The notes under the pieces: model-generated
The model's database searches: none
The model's input: the letters and a program-made list of their open reading frames with translations, nothing else
Told to the model about the DNA's origin: nothing
Source of the DNA: Diplonema japonicum
Lineage: Eukaryota > Protista > Euglenozoa: Diplonemea
Direction of reading: 5' to 3'
Length of the DNA stretch: 64,000 bases
Assembly (NCBI GenBank): GCA_964019335.1
Contig: OZ025741.1
Span: forward strand, 310,001-374,000
Program-made: the position numbers and the translations under genes
Part shown: positions 34,830 to 46,818 of the stretch, piece after piece
Numbering within the stretch: position 1 is the first letter of the stretch
Layout: every line of letters begins with the position of its first letter

Positions 34830-35285
34830 ATAGCAGGTGGCTTTGACTCTATGCATATACATTAAAGACCAGCTGTGTTCCATCCCTGCGCTCATATCTC
34901 TAATTTGTTCGTTCTTCTTCTTCTTTTTTTTTTTTTTTTTTTTTTTTTTTTGATCATCCCGCCTTTTTTTTATTCTTCCCATAAATTGTAGGGGGAAAAG
35001 GGGAGGGGAAAAAAAAAAAAAAAAAAGGGAGAACCGTTCGGTTTTGTGTGGATTTGCATTATTTTTTCTTCTTTTTTTTTTCCCCCTCCCACTCTTTTTT
35101 TTTTCTTCTTTTTTTTTTCGTTTTTGAATTCCCCCAAACTCCCTCCTTGATGACCCCACTTCGCCCCCTTTTTTTTGATTTTTTTCTTCTTTTTTTCGTT
35201 CAATGCAGAAAAGAGGGGGGGGGGGGGGGGGGAGAAGAACAAAAATCGCAGAGGTGGGGAGTAAATATAATAACTATTGATTTTT

Positions 35286-35850
35286 GAATAAATAAAGTGA
35301 ACTTTATTTCCAGAGGCTGATATACTATCCCGAGGGGGTGTATTTTTCCCTCGCTTCGCTCGGGAAAATAAGATCCCGAGGGATAGCATATCAGCCGAGG
35401 GAAGAATAAAGTTCACTTTGCTTTAAAAATCCGATATTTTATTTTTATTTTATTTCCCGACGACAACTGGCAGTACATTGTTACCTGGAGATTTGTGAAG
35501 GCTGAAGACAAATATAATTCAAATTAACATGCAATGACACTAATTTTTGAAATTGAGCCATTCTTATCGCTGGTAGCTGGTTTCTAGAGGGCAACACCAG
35601 CCTGAGAGAAGGCCAGCCTGTGGGGCGGGACAGCTTCACGAGAACTGGCTTTCGTGGTGACACTTTTTGGTTTTACTCTTTCAGAGCACAGGCTGGGCAA
35701 CAGGCTCTCATTCTTGCATTGGACAAACGGCCCCACGTTGTTCTTTGTGCGGAAGACGTGCCCACTCCGCCTTGCGCATTGTAAAGTTCTAAAGAAAACA
35801 TGAGGAAATAAATAAAGTACTTTATTTTCCCTAGGGAAAATAAAGTTCCC
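35286..35850. mobile_element. Non-autonomous element bounded by related palindromes (Crypton-like)
   Basis: 126-bp imperfect palindrome at 35294-35419 with a CCCTCGCTTCGCTCGGG apex. Perfect 28-bp palindrome ACTTTATTTTCCCTAGGGAAAATAAAGT at 35819-35846. Both begin within or just after an AATAAATAAAGT motif. Confidence 0.55.
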
Positions 35851-36018
35851 GGGGCTCTCAAAGGAAACAACAGGGGAGGGAAATAAAGTAAAAATAAAAA
35901 AAGGAAAAAAAATATAAAGTGGAACAACAACAAAGGAAGGGGGGGGGTGCAAAAAAAGGAATGAATGCCACCTGATGTAAATTTAAAAAATACACAGGGG
36001 CACCTCCTGGTATGAGGG

Positions 36019-36049
<31 letters not shown>

Positions 36050-36144
36050 AGGAATACAGCAACCCTGTTGCTACACAGACCCTAATCTCTTCTTCTTTTC
36101 TTCTTCTTCTTCTTTTTTTTTTTTTAAAATTCATCTTTTGTCTC

Positions 36145-37585
36145 TTACCGCTGAAGGTCACGGTTATTTCTCGTCCAGCCCTCGGGCTTCCATGTGTTGA
36201 TGTTCAAAGTGTAGCATTGTATGAAGTCACCAGTGTCCGTCTGTGGTAGTTGGTGTCAATGTTACCCTTTTCTCCTATACCTGGATGGGTGCCCTCACAA
36301 GCATATTAGATGTCGTGATATATTGCGGTACCTGTTGTGTTGTGTTGTGTTGTGTTGTGTTGTGTTGTGTTGTGTTGTGTTGTGTTGTGTTGTGTTGTGT
36401 TGTGTTGTGTTGTGTTGTGTTGTGTTGTGTTGTGTTGTGTTGTGTTGTGTTGTGTTGTGTTGTGTTGTGTTGTGTTGTGTTGTGTTGTGTTGTGTTGTGT
36501 TGTGTTGTGTTGTGTTGTGTTGTGTTGTGTTGTGTTGTGTTGTGTTGTGTTGTGTTGTGTTGTGTTGTGTTGTGTTGTGTTGTGTTGTGTTGTGTTGTGT
36601 TGTGTTGTGTTGTGTTGTGTTGTGTTGTGTTGTGTTGTGTTGTGTTGTGTTGTGTTGTGTTGTGTTGTGTTGTGTTGTGTTGTGTTGTGTTGTGTTGTGT
36701 TGTGTTGTGTTGTGTTGTGTTGTGTTGTGTTGTGTTGTGTTGTGTTGTGTTGCTGCCTACCGTCATGTTGGACTCCATCAGCTTCTTGATGAACTCCGCA
36801 AGCGCAGGAATCGTGAAGTCAGGCATCTCGCCACCTTCGTAATCTGTCACCAATATCCCGTTCTGCTGGTGCCTGTCAGATTGATGTAAAAGAAAGATGC
36901 AAGGGTGTGTGTGTGTTGCCTCATACCCTCGGATGCAGTCGGGCGTGTTTTCTATTATAATCGTCCGGTCAAGATCCCTTCCGAGAACCCCCAAATCCTT
37001 TCTGTAACCCGCCTGTTTGATGTGTGTGTGTGGAGGAATGATATATATTTTTTATATTTTTTTTCTATTTGCCGACGTACCTGACCCGAGAACCACTTCG
37101 CGTGCCTATAGACACAGTGTTTTATGGCACCGATTTTGTCGATGTTCTTGATGATCGCCTTGGGGGGGGGGGGGGTTTTTTTCCCTCTTTTTTCTTTTGT
37201 TTTTGTTTTCATACTTGTGCATAGGCACGCAGACCGGCGGTCCACACCAGCGCTTCCACAGAGTCCTTGCAGAGGGTGAAGAGCTCCTCCAGTCCAGGCC
37301 TTGCGTACAGCGGCCCTTCTCTTGCGTAGATTAGTGTCTCGTCCAAGTCGAACACCACTGTGTATTTCCCCTTGTCTGCCTTGGCCTGTTTAGTGGTGGT
37401 GGCGAACATGAGAGTGTGCTCCATACCTGTGGGGGGATCATGTGCTTGGTGGGCTCGTGGAGCATCGATGGTGCCCTTCCCCTCCCCTTTGCCCTCCCAG
37501 CGGCCCCCTGGTACTCCTGCTTGAACGACACACCCCTTTTCCTTTGCCTCTCATTCGTGATCTTCGCTACCTCTGCGGAAGCCAT
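36145..37585 (-). CDS. NIF/FCP1-SCP family DxDxT phosphatase (PIP39-like), copy 1, 250 aa; introns 37386-37426, 37159-37214, 37013-37080, 36873-36926, 36332-36760, 36241-36280
   Basis: VVFDLDETLIYAREGPLYARPG...VWTAG...KDLGVLGRDLDRTIIIENTPDC. Seven exons sum to 753 nt in frame. Confidence 0.88.
36333..36752. repeat. Perfect pentanucleotide array (TGTTG)84 filling intron 5 of phosphatase copy 1
   Basis: 420 nt of uninterrupted repeat between GTAGGC and CAACAG splice sites. Confidence 0.95.
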
Positions 37586-37900
37586 TGTGTGGTTTCTTTT
37601 CTTTTTTTTTTTTTTTTGTTTTTTTTAACAAAGGGGCGCCAAAAAAAAAACTCTCTTAATTCCGTGTATACCCCAACACCCCTTTGGTGGTTTTTTCCCC
37701 CCCTCTCTATTTTTTTTTTCTTTTTTCCCTTCTTTTTTTAAAAGCAAAAATACCAAAATCCTCCACTTTTTTTTAGCACCTGCTGAAGCAGTGCTGTCGC
37801 TGATGCTAAGTGAATAGTATGGCAAAATTCCCGAATGTCGGGGGGGGGGACAAAAAATTAGGAAATTGGTCAGTCAGGCACCTTTTTCATTTATACAGTA

Positions 37901-38916
37901 TATGAGCTCGTCCGGAAAAAAATGTCAACAAATGACCCTCCTATGCTGCAGAAAAACCCCGTTAAATTTCTAAGTAAAAAAGTAGTCCGGCACCACTTTA
38001 TGTGCAGAAATGCAGTCTAATCTTGAACACCATATAGGTCAAAATGCTTGCCGTTTGTTTTATTTTTAAAACGCACGTGCAAAAACATGTTTTTTTAGAA
38101 TGGTTTTTGGCAAACGATTCAATTTGGAAGTTACAAATAACCCAGACTCCATTTTTTATTTTCGTTTTTCCGTGAAAAGCGACAGGAGGAATGGACGTAG
38201 ATTGAAAATCTGTGAAACCTTTGGGGTCATTTTGGGTGGGCTGGACTCTAAATCACTATTAAAATGGGGTGAGGAGAACTTACCCTTAAAGTGCCATTTT
38301 GACCTATTTAAGGCTAAAATCCCTTTAAAACACCTTAAAAAAGCAAAATTTTCACTTTTAAAGTAATATGAGTGCAAAAGAAAAGGAAAAAACCTCAGCA
38401 GATGGGTAGAGAATGAAAGTTTGACCAAAGATACCAAAGCTCTGCATGAGCAGGCAAGTGTTAAGAATTGGTTTTTCTGAAAAAGGCCAAAATCCCTTAG
38501 GAACCCCTTGAAAAAGCCAAAAAATAGGGTGTAAAAAACCGGATTTTCGGGGGCTATGCGCCATATATTTTTCGCTAAGTACTTTTAACAGTAACCCGAC
38601 CCTGGGTTGTACCCAGGGGTCACAAGTGCGCTTGATCACCAATTTTATGCACCCTAGAGGCTGCATTTTAAGCATTTTAAACATTTTTCGCCGTTTTTCT
38701 GACCTCTATTTTTCGCTTCCCGGGGGCAGCCGGTTGCAAAGCCTGCCACCCTCATGGCAAAACAAGCATCGCAATTGAGAGAACGGCGTCATGTACACCA
38801 TATATGTCATCTTCCTATGGTTGCATGCTGCCCTTTTTTTTGCTCAAATAATCAAAACAAGAAATTTTCGGAGGTGCCCAAAAAAGTGTTGACATTTTCG
38901 TCCGGACGAGCTAATA
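37901..38916. mobile_element. ~1-kb non-autonomous DNA transposon with ~30-bp TIRs and TA flanks (Tc1/mariner-type)
   Basis: Left end TATGAGCTCGTCCGGAAAAAAATGTCAACA; right end reverse-complements to TATTAGCTCGTCCGGACGAAAATGTCAACA. TA on both sides; no recognisable ORF inside. Confidence 0.75.
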
Positions 38917-39175
38917 TATATATATATTTTTTTTTTTCTTCTCCTTTTCTCTCCCCCTTGTTGACAGCAAAAAAAAATAAAAATAAAAAAAAATGCAAAG
39001 TGAACGGTGTGCCCCCGATGGGCAGGCAAGAAACAAAAGAATAAGGGACAAAAAAAAAAGAGGAAAAAGTCACAAAGGTGAACAGAATGGGTATGGGGGG
39101 GGGGGGGCATTTCGGATTTTCTTTAAAAAAGGTAAAAGAAACAAAAAAACAAAAAACAAAAAAGAAATTGACATT

Positions 39176-39226
<51 letters not shown>

Positions 39227-40002
39227 CATTGTCTTCTTTTCTTTTTTTTTTCTCTTTTGTTGTGTTTTTTGCGCGAGCCCGCTTTTCCTGCCCAGCTATC
39301 TCTCTTCACTCCCCCCCCCCTCCCCCCTCCCCCTCCCATTTTTTTCCATCTTTTTTTTTTTAAAAATACAATTGATAAATACTATGCGTAAGAAACCAAA
39401 ACAAAAGAAGAGAGAAAAAAAAAGGGGGGGAAAGAAGAATAAAGAAGAACAAAGAAGTGTTTGTGTGTGGGGTGGGGGGCAAAAAGAAGAAGAAAGGGGT
39501 CAACATAAACAACGGCAACAACTTGATCAACAAACCCATATTCGTTTCCCCCCTTCTTTCCTGTTCATCAAAAAGCAACCTTAGCATACAAGGAGGGGGA
39601 AAAGAGTGCGGAGGTAAACGGAAAAAAAAGGGAGTGTGAAAAAAAAAATATTTTTGCTACATGGGACTGAAGGGCGGGGGATAAAAAAGGGGGGAAAGTA
39701 ATAGATTCGATACTTGTCACTTTTTTCTCTCTTTTTTTTTTTTTTTTTTTTTCCTCGTTCTTTTTTTTCCCGCCCCAAGCAGAGAAGCGCTCGGGGGTTG
39801 GAAGAAAAGAAATCAATGTAGAAACCTAATAAAAAGTGGAAATTCTTTGCTCGGCACAAAGGTTGACAAGTTCTAGACAACATTTCTTTCTTCTTTTTTT
39901 TTTTCTTTTTTTTTTCTCAAATTGTATTTGAAAAAAGGGGGGAGGGGGGAAATTTTAAAAAGAGTTTACGGGCTGGGGGTTGAACCGGTACATTGTTCAC
40001 AC

Positions 40003-40072
<70 letters not shown>

Positions 40073-40495
40073 ATATCACAAAAGAACAAGAAAAAAAAGG
40101 CATGGAACATGCACCAATCGGTGCAATAGTTGGAAAGGGGGCAAAAAAAGAAAAAAAAGAAAAAAAAGTAAAATACTTGTGACTATGATGGGGGAAGGGG
40201 GTTCGAAAGCACCCCACCAAAAGAAAGCTCATCTCATCCCTCCCCTCTTTTTTATTATTTTTTTCCCCCTCCCCTGAGAACGAAAGAAATAGACCCAAGA
40301 TAAAAAAAGGGAAAGAGAGCAGGAGGGGAGGGGGGGGGGGGGGGGGGGGGGGGGGTAATCGTGAGGCCTTGAGGGAGCGAGGCCGGGATGGAAAATTTCC
40401 CTTCCCTCCCTTTTGGTTTTTTGTTTTTCCCGTTCAAATTCAAAAAAAAAAAAATTCAATAAAGTGGAAGCAGGGGGGAGGGACAGGGAACACTC

Positions 40496-40545
<50 letters not shown>

Positions 40546-40631
40546 AATAATAATAAATAAAGAAAACAAAGCAAAACGAAAGAGGGAGCGGAGGAGGCTG
40601 GGAGGAATTACCGAAAACTCTCCCTCTTTTC

Positions 40632-42001
40632 TTACCGCTGAAGGTCACGGTTATTCCTCGTCCAGCCCTCGGGCTTCCATGTGTTGATGTTCAAAGTGTA
40701 GCATTGTATGAAGTCACCAGTGTCCGTCTGTGGTAGTTGGTGTCAATGTTACCCTTTTCTCCTATACCTGGATGGGTGCCCTCACAAGCATATTAGATGT
40801 CGTGATATATTGCGGTACCTGTTGTGTTGTGTTGTGTTGTGTTGTGTTGTGTTGTGTTGTGTTGTGTTGTGTTGTGTTGTGTTGTGTTGTGTTGTGTTGT
40901 GTTGTGTTGTGTTGTGTTGTGTTGTGTTGTGTTGTGTTGTGTTGTGTTGTGTTGTGTTGTGTTGTGTTGTGTTGTGTTGTGTTGTGTTGTGTTGTGTTGT
41001 GTTGTGTTGTGTTGTGTTGTGTTGTGTTGTGTTGTGTTGTGTTGTGTTGTGTTGTGTTGTGTTGTGTTGTGTTGTGTTGTGTTGTGTTGTGTTGTGTTGT
41101 GTTGTGTTGTGTTGTGTTGTGTTGTGTTGTGTTGTGTTGTGTTGTGTTGTGTTGTGTTGTGTTGCTGCCTACCGTCATGTTGGACTCCATCAGCTTCTTG
41201 ATGAACTCCGCAAGCGCAGGAATCGTGAAGTCAGGCATCTCGCCACCTTCGTAATCTGTCACCAATATCCCGTTCTGCTGGTGCCTGTCAGATTGATGTA
41301 AAGGAAGTGTGTGTGTATGTGTGTGTGTGTGTGTGTTGCCTCATACCCTCGGATGCAGTCGGGCGTGTTTTCTATTATAATCGTCCGGTCAAGATCCCTT
41401 CCGAGAACCCCCAAATCCTTTCTGTAACCCGCCTGTTTGATGTGTGTGTGTGGAGGAATGATATATATTTTTTATATTTTTTTTCTATTTGCCGACGTAC
41501 CTGACCCGAGAACCACTTCGCGTGCCTATAGACACAGTGTTTTATGGCACCGATTTTGTCGATGTTCTTGATGATCGCCTTGGGGGGGGGGGGGGTTTTT
41601 TCCCTCTTTTTTCTTTTGTTTTTGTTTTCATACTTGTGCATAGGCACGCAGACCGGCGGTCCACACCAGCGCTTCCACAGAGTCCTTGCAGAGGGTGAAG
41701 AGCTCCTCCAGTCCAGGCCTTGCGTACAGCGGCCCTTCTCTTGCGTAGATTAGTGTCTCGTCCAAGTCGAACACCACTGTGTATTTCCCCTTGTCTGCCT
41801 TGGCCTGTTTAGTGGTGGTGGCGAACATGAGAGTGTGCTCCATACCTGTGGGGGGATCATGTGCTTGGTGGGCTCGTGGAGCATCGATGGTGCCCTTCCC
41901 CTCCCCTTTGCCCTCCCAGCGGCCCCCTGGTACTCCTGCTTGAACGACACACCCCTTTTCCTTTGCCTCTCATTCGTGATCTTCGCTACCTCCTCGGACA
42001 T
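40632..42001 (-). CDS. NIF/FCP1-SCP family DxDxT phosphatase (PIP39-like), copy 2, same six-intron structure
   Basis: Near-identical to copy 1 from EVAKITNE to the stop; begins MSEEVAK instead of MASAEVAK. Confidence 0.85.
40820..41164. repeat. Perfect pentanucleotide array (TGTTG)69 in intron 5 (40819-41172) of copy 2
   Basis: 345 nt of uninterrupted repeat. Confidence 0.95.
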
Positions 42002-42109
42002 GTCCCCCTTGTTCCCGTCTGCATGGGAAAGGAAAAGGTGAAAAAAAATGTGTAGCGGGCGGGGGGTAAACCACGACCAACAGAAATTCGACAAAGTTTC
42101 AGTGTGCAC

Positions 42110-42545
42110 GGCTGCTGTCTGGTGCCTGCGGTGGCTGTCTGGTGCCTGCGGTGGCTGTTTGTCGCGTTGAGATGGCGAGAAACAAGAGGGGCGGTTTGAC
42201 TCGAGAGAAAAGTCTCATGTCATAGCCACTGGAAGCTGTGCCCCCTTTGCGACACTAGACGCATCGCATTCTAGTGGCCTTCACCGTGAGCGAGCCTTGA
42301 TCGTCAAGCGGCCTATGAGCGACCTCCCTTCGCTTCAGGACGTGCAGAGACAAATACAAGGAGGCCTCGTGGGACGGGAACCCCTCGACTCGGGCACCAC
42401 TCCCAGACCTCTGCCCGGATTCTTCACCCGCAGAGGGTGCTTCGTCATTTCTGTTCGACTTGCAGACGTGATCGCAGGTGCCACCTCTGGTCCAGCTCTC
42501 CCGACACATCCGAATGCACAGTAAACACCGCTGCCTCACCCTAAA
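42110..42545. other. Second GC-balanced non-coding island, including a 20-bp tandem repeat at ~42115-42160
   Basis: Shares a 32-nt core and short motifs with 33895-34290; GCTGTCTGGTGCCTGCGGTG occurs twice in tandem. Confidence 0.6.
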
Positions 42546-42774
42546 GGCGATCAGAAAAGAAAAGAAAAAAAAGAGAGAGAAAGAAAACACAAAGAAAGTA
42601 AAGAAGGAATAATAAAATAAAATAAAAAAAAAAATTCAAAGTACAAGCCTAGAGGGGGCCAGCCCCTATTATTAAATAAAAAAAAAAAAAAAAAGAAAAA
42701 AAAAATAACTGAACACATCACCACCATGGAAATGGAGGACCCACCCTACCCACCTACCCCTTTGTACTATATGG

Positions 42775-44535
42775 TCAACACACGTTGTCCTTGTTCTTCG
42801 ACGGGCTTTCAACACCCGCGTAACTTGCAAGACTTCTGGGGCTTGTGAGCTTCCATGGGCTCTTTGGACTTTGTATGTTGTCAAACCCCCCGTTCTTACC
42901 GTGGCCAGCTGCGGGCCTTGTATCCTGATCAGCAAGCAGCCCTCGTAGGGGGACGCTTTTTGTGGTGTTGGGTGAGTTTTGAACGGTGCAGGCAACCACC
43001 AAACTGAGAGAGTGGAGGGAAGCGATGAGATCGGTCTGCGCGGAAAGAGAATCCGAGCAAATCACAATCCTGAAGGCATCGGGGGGACGGGTCACTTGTG
43101 GGTAGAGAACCCACGACGATGCAGGCAGTCCGGTGATGGAAAAACACAAGCTTTCAACGCACTGAGCCGAGTAGTATTCGACCGAACAGAGACCATCACG
43201 GCATTGAGAACAGGCTTCATCCCTTGCTTCAAAAGAATCAAGGACGACACCGAAAGAAACAGCAAAGTCTTGCTCCATATCAGGATGTTCCTTCAACCTA
43301 TCTACCTGGAAATCGACAACGCTGAGTAACGGTGGGTATGTCCCGATAATTCCCTGAACGGTGACCTGCTTGAACTCCCCATCGAATAAAAAAATGGCGT
43401 CTTTTGAGGGGGGGATCAATGGGTTGGCGATGACGGTCGCACCTAAGTCCTCATCAACGTTCTGTTGGGTTTCTTCATAAATTTCCATCGCGGTCCGAAA
43501 ATTCTGAGAGATCATAAGAACGGGGAACGAGAGCAACAAGGTACCGGTGACTATGCACAAAGAGGTAACAAGCTTTCCAAGAATCGTAAATGGAACCTGG
43601 TCACCATACCCTACCGTTGTAAGAGTTACCACGGTGAACCAGAATGTGGCGGGTATTGATGAGAACGGGGATTCTGTTCCATCGTCTCGAATCCATGTTC
43701 GGGTTGGTTCATCAAAGTGCGATCCGGTCTGTTCAGCCATGAACAGGACTGATGAAAATAGAATGGTGGCAACGAAGAACAGAACGAATAGAAGAGTCAC
43801 GCTCTGCAGGCTGACAGACAATGCGTAGAAGACAACCCACACCGTCTTCGAATATTGCCCGATCTTAAATACTCGCAAAACGCGAACCAACCTCAACGCT
43901 CTCAGGAACACCAATGAAAACGACGAAGAGCTTCCTGCAACGACCATCGTCAGCTTAATATAAAACGGAAGGATTGCCAAGAGATCAATCGTGTTGAAAA
44001 AGTCGGTGACAAAGCTCTTTTTATCATAAGTAAGAGCGAATCTAGACAGGTACTCCAGGGTGAACACCGCAATGCAGTAGTACTCAACATGCTCGAAAAT
44101 TGTTTTTGCAGCATTATCTGAGTCGTACCTCGGCATGGTTTCCATGCAAAACACAACCACTGAGAGCAGAATGGTCAGAAACACAATGATGGTCACGGTG
44201 GTGGAAATATTGTTTACAACGGTGGAGTCGGTCCCTGTTCCGTCGACGATGCTTAAGAGCAAGTCTCGTGTGGTTGGTTTTTCCTTCTGATCGGAGTCGT
44301 TTGACACGGTGGATTCGAGGTCCGAGTTTTTGCTTCTGGTAGCGATTGATTTCTTTTGTTTTCGGCCCCTTCTTGCCTTCGACATGAAGATTTTCTGCAT
44401 TTCTTCCTTATCCATCACGAAGGACTCCCTGCGCATCCTGCTGGCATCGCTTGCGTTTGGGTTGTTCGTCACGCTGCACACGGACTGCTCGCCATAGTGA
44501 AAACTCCCTTCCGAGGTTGTGTCTACTATTTCCAT
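42775..44535 (-). CDS. Voltage-gated K+ channel subunit (Kv-type ion transport domain), 586 aa
   Basis: S4 segment FLRALRLVRVLRVFK, pore FWFTVVTLTTVGYGD, S3 IDLLAILPFY. ATG at 44535. Confidence 0.92.
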   Translation of the reverse strand: MEIVDTTSEGSFHYGEQSVCSVTNNPNASDASRMRRESFVMDKEEMQKIFMSKARRGRKQKKSIATRSKNSDLESTVSNDSDQKEKPTTRDLLLSIVDGTGTDSTVVNNISTTVTIIVFLTILLSVVVFCMETMPRYDSDNAAKTIFEHVEYYCIAVFTLEYLSRFALTYDKKSFVTDFFNTIDLLAILPFYIKLTMVVAGSSSSFSLVFLRALRLVRVLRVFKIGQYSKTVWVVFYALSVSLQSVTLLFVLFFVATILFSSVLFMAEQTGSHFDEPTRTWIRDDGTESPFSSIPATFWFTVVTLTTVGYGDQVPFTILGKLVTSLCIVTGTLLLSFPVLMISQNFRTAMEIYEETQQNVDEDLGATVIANPLIPPSKDAIFLFDGEFKQVTVQGIIGTYPPLLSVVDFQVDRLKEHPDMEQDFAVSFGVVLDSFEARDEACSQCRDGLCSVEYYSAQCVESLCFSITGLPASSWVLYPQVTRPPDAFRIVICSDSLSAQTDLIASLHSLSLVVACTVQNSPNTTKSVPLRGLLADQDTRPAAGHGKNGGFDNIQSPKSPWKLTSPRSLASYAGVESPSKNKDNVC

Positions 44536-44614
44536 TTTGTGATTTCTCGGGTTTGCTTCTTCATTTTCCCACCCCCTTTGACAACCTTTTTTTTTTTTTT
44601 TTTTTTTTTTTTGT

Positions 44615-44659
<45 letters not shown>

Positions 44660-44738
44660 GGGCAGAAAAAAAAAAATAGGGGTGAGGGGGAACGGGTGAA
44701 AAACATAGACCAACAATAAAAAAAAAAAAGATCCTCAT

Positions 44739-44777
<39 letters not shown>

Positions 44778-45036
44778 CTTCTTTCTTTTTTTTTTTTCTT
44801 TGTAAGATAGTAGGTTGTTATTATGTCCCCTCCTTTTTTTTAAAAAAGGAGACCCCCCCTAACTCCCCCCTTCCCTTTTTACTTCTTTTCTTCTTTCAAA
44901 AAAAAAACTATATATTTTAGTATTGCAAACCGCGTCCCATGGTATACTTTACCCTGGAAAGAAGGAGGAGGGGGGGGGGGGGGGGGGGAGAAGAAGAATA
45001 AGGAAAGGTGCAAGAGGGTATCTCCCTCCATCCTTT

Positions 45037-45067
<31 letters not shown>

Positions 45068-45210
45068 TGTAGTAACCTAAAAAAAACAACCTTTTTTTTC
45101 TCTCAGGGATAAAAAAAAAAAAAAAAAAAAAAAAAAAGGCTAGGAAGAATAATAATAATAATAAAAAAAGACACTAAAAAAGAAAAAAAAAAAAAAATCT
45201 CCTCCTCAAT

Positions 45211-46818
45211 CTAAAAATCAGCTTCGGGTTGTTTTCTCACCGCAGACACCGATTTTGATTCGTCGCCCTTCCGTTGTTCAGTTGTAGATGTGACCGCGAT
45301 GTCCATGGGCTGGTTCGAATCATCGAAGTTCTTACGGTTGTTGTCCAGATCTGCGAGTTCCATGTCCAAGGCCTCACCTGCTTCCTGGAAGTCCTCTTCT
45401 TCCAGATGCGTGTAAGGGTTCTCCTTCATCGGCCGGAACTTCAACCCAACAAAGACGAAGCACACCAACGTAGCCAGCTCCGTCAGTACAGGGGGGATCC
45501 ACGTGTTGTCGTACTTCACCTGCTCAGTCAGCACCATTCCACAGATAATCGTTTTGAAGTAAATGTAGATGACAATCGCAAGGTAAAGGGTTCGGAACTA
45601 TTTTTTTTTTTCTTTTTTTAAAATTTCCCCCCTCTTTCCAAACCTGTTTCATTCTGGCCAGGTTTCTCGCCACCTTTCCGTCACTGCTCTGCGCGTTTCT
45701 AATTTGCTTCACGCTCCACAGGATGGGTACCATGACTATCAAACAGCATGCCATGTCCAACACACTCAGGAAATTCTAATTTTTTTTTTTTTTTTTTTTT
45801 TTTTCCATACCTGCCACTTATCCCATTCAGAGTCGCCGTCTCTCAAGTGATCTACCACGATCCACAGAATGTTGATGAAAAGCTGCAGGGGGATCACCAC
45901 CAAAAGGATCTTCTTGTCCCTAGGATGCAGGTACGGCTTCAAGAACGACCACCCCGACCCGATCAGCGCAATCACCGCAAACAGCAGCGTCCCCTTCAAC
46001 GCAAGGAAAGTATAGTACATGTAATCATAGAAAGATGACATGTTACCTTCCTCTTGGTAGTGCTTGTATCTGAAGGTCTCGAAAAACAACGTACCAGATT
46101 TCAGGAAGAGTGCTAGTGCCATGAGAAAGTGGATTTTGTGAAGGTGGTCCTTGTTGTTTGACATCCAATGGCCCCACTTAACGAGGAGTCCGAAGAACAC
46201 GATGGCGAAGAACATAAACGCTAAAGGTAGGATCTCATCGCCGTAGGAAAGGTAATTTCTTGCTGTTCCCACCTTGTTATACTCACTAACACGGACCTCA
46301 AGGTTCATATTGCTGGAGGAGTCAGTGTCGGTCTGGCATTTGAACATCAACAGCTTCCAAAATCCAGGGTCCGCGCTTTTAGTGAAGGTCACCTTGCCGC
46401 TGTAGACTGCAGGGGCTTGTTTTACCTCGTCACTGCCGCTGCCGCTGCTGCCCTCCTTCGATGCGGGTACTAACTTCATTTTCAACCTTTTCAAGGTTTT
46501 TGTTGTGGCATTGGAGCAGGCCATCTCTGGTGAGAGAGTATAATCGGACCCCAGAGTCTCTATTTTGACCAAGAAGAAGGTGAAGCCTTCGTTGCTGTCG
46601 TTGGGGTAGATTAGTTGGCTGGAGTCCATTTTGTCGTTCAGATTTCGGACCGTGACCTCGCACACCCCTGCGTGCGAGTAGCCGAAGACGCCAAGTTCTG
46701 CTTTTCTTTTTCCGTCCGTGGGGTCGTCCTTGACAGTGTACTTTCCTCCATGGATAGTTCCCTCTGACTTGCATACCAACACACCTAGCAATGCTATTGC
46801 AAATTGTAGTTGTTTCAT
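45211..46818 (-). CDS. GPR107/GPR108-like lung seven-TM (GOST) protein, 508 aa (introns 45776-45810, 45598-45643)
   Basis: Signal peptide; YLSYGDEILP, HKIHFLM, LIGSGWSFLKPYLHPRDKK, DMACC...PILWS, DGK...NLARMKQFR, KFRPMKENPY. Confidence 0.9.

Noticed and set aside
36333-36752. Array as CRISPR or telomere
   Set aside because: No spacers, not TTAGGG, and bounded by splice sites inside a gene.
36221-36889. Plus-strand (VVLCC)n ORFs, also at 40708-41301
   Set aside because: Antisense read-through of an intronic pentamer microsatellite.
36866-36922. Non-canonical GC-AG intron in the phosphatase
   Set aside because: A canonical GTATGA...CTGACAG intron at 36873-36926 explains the frame.
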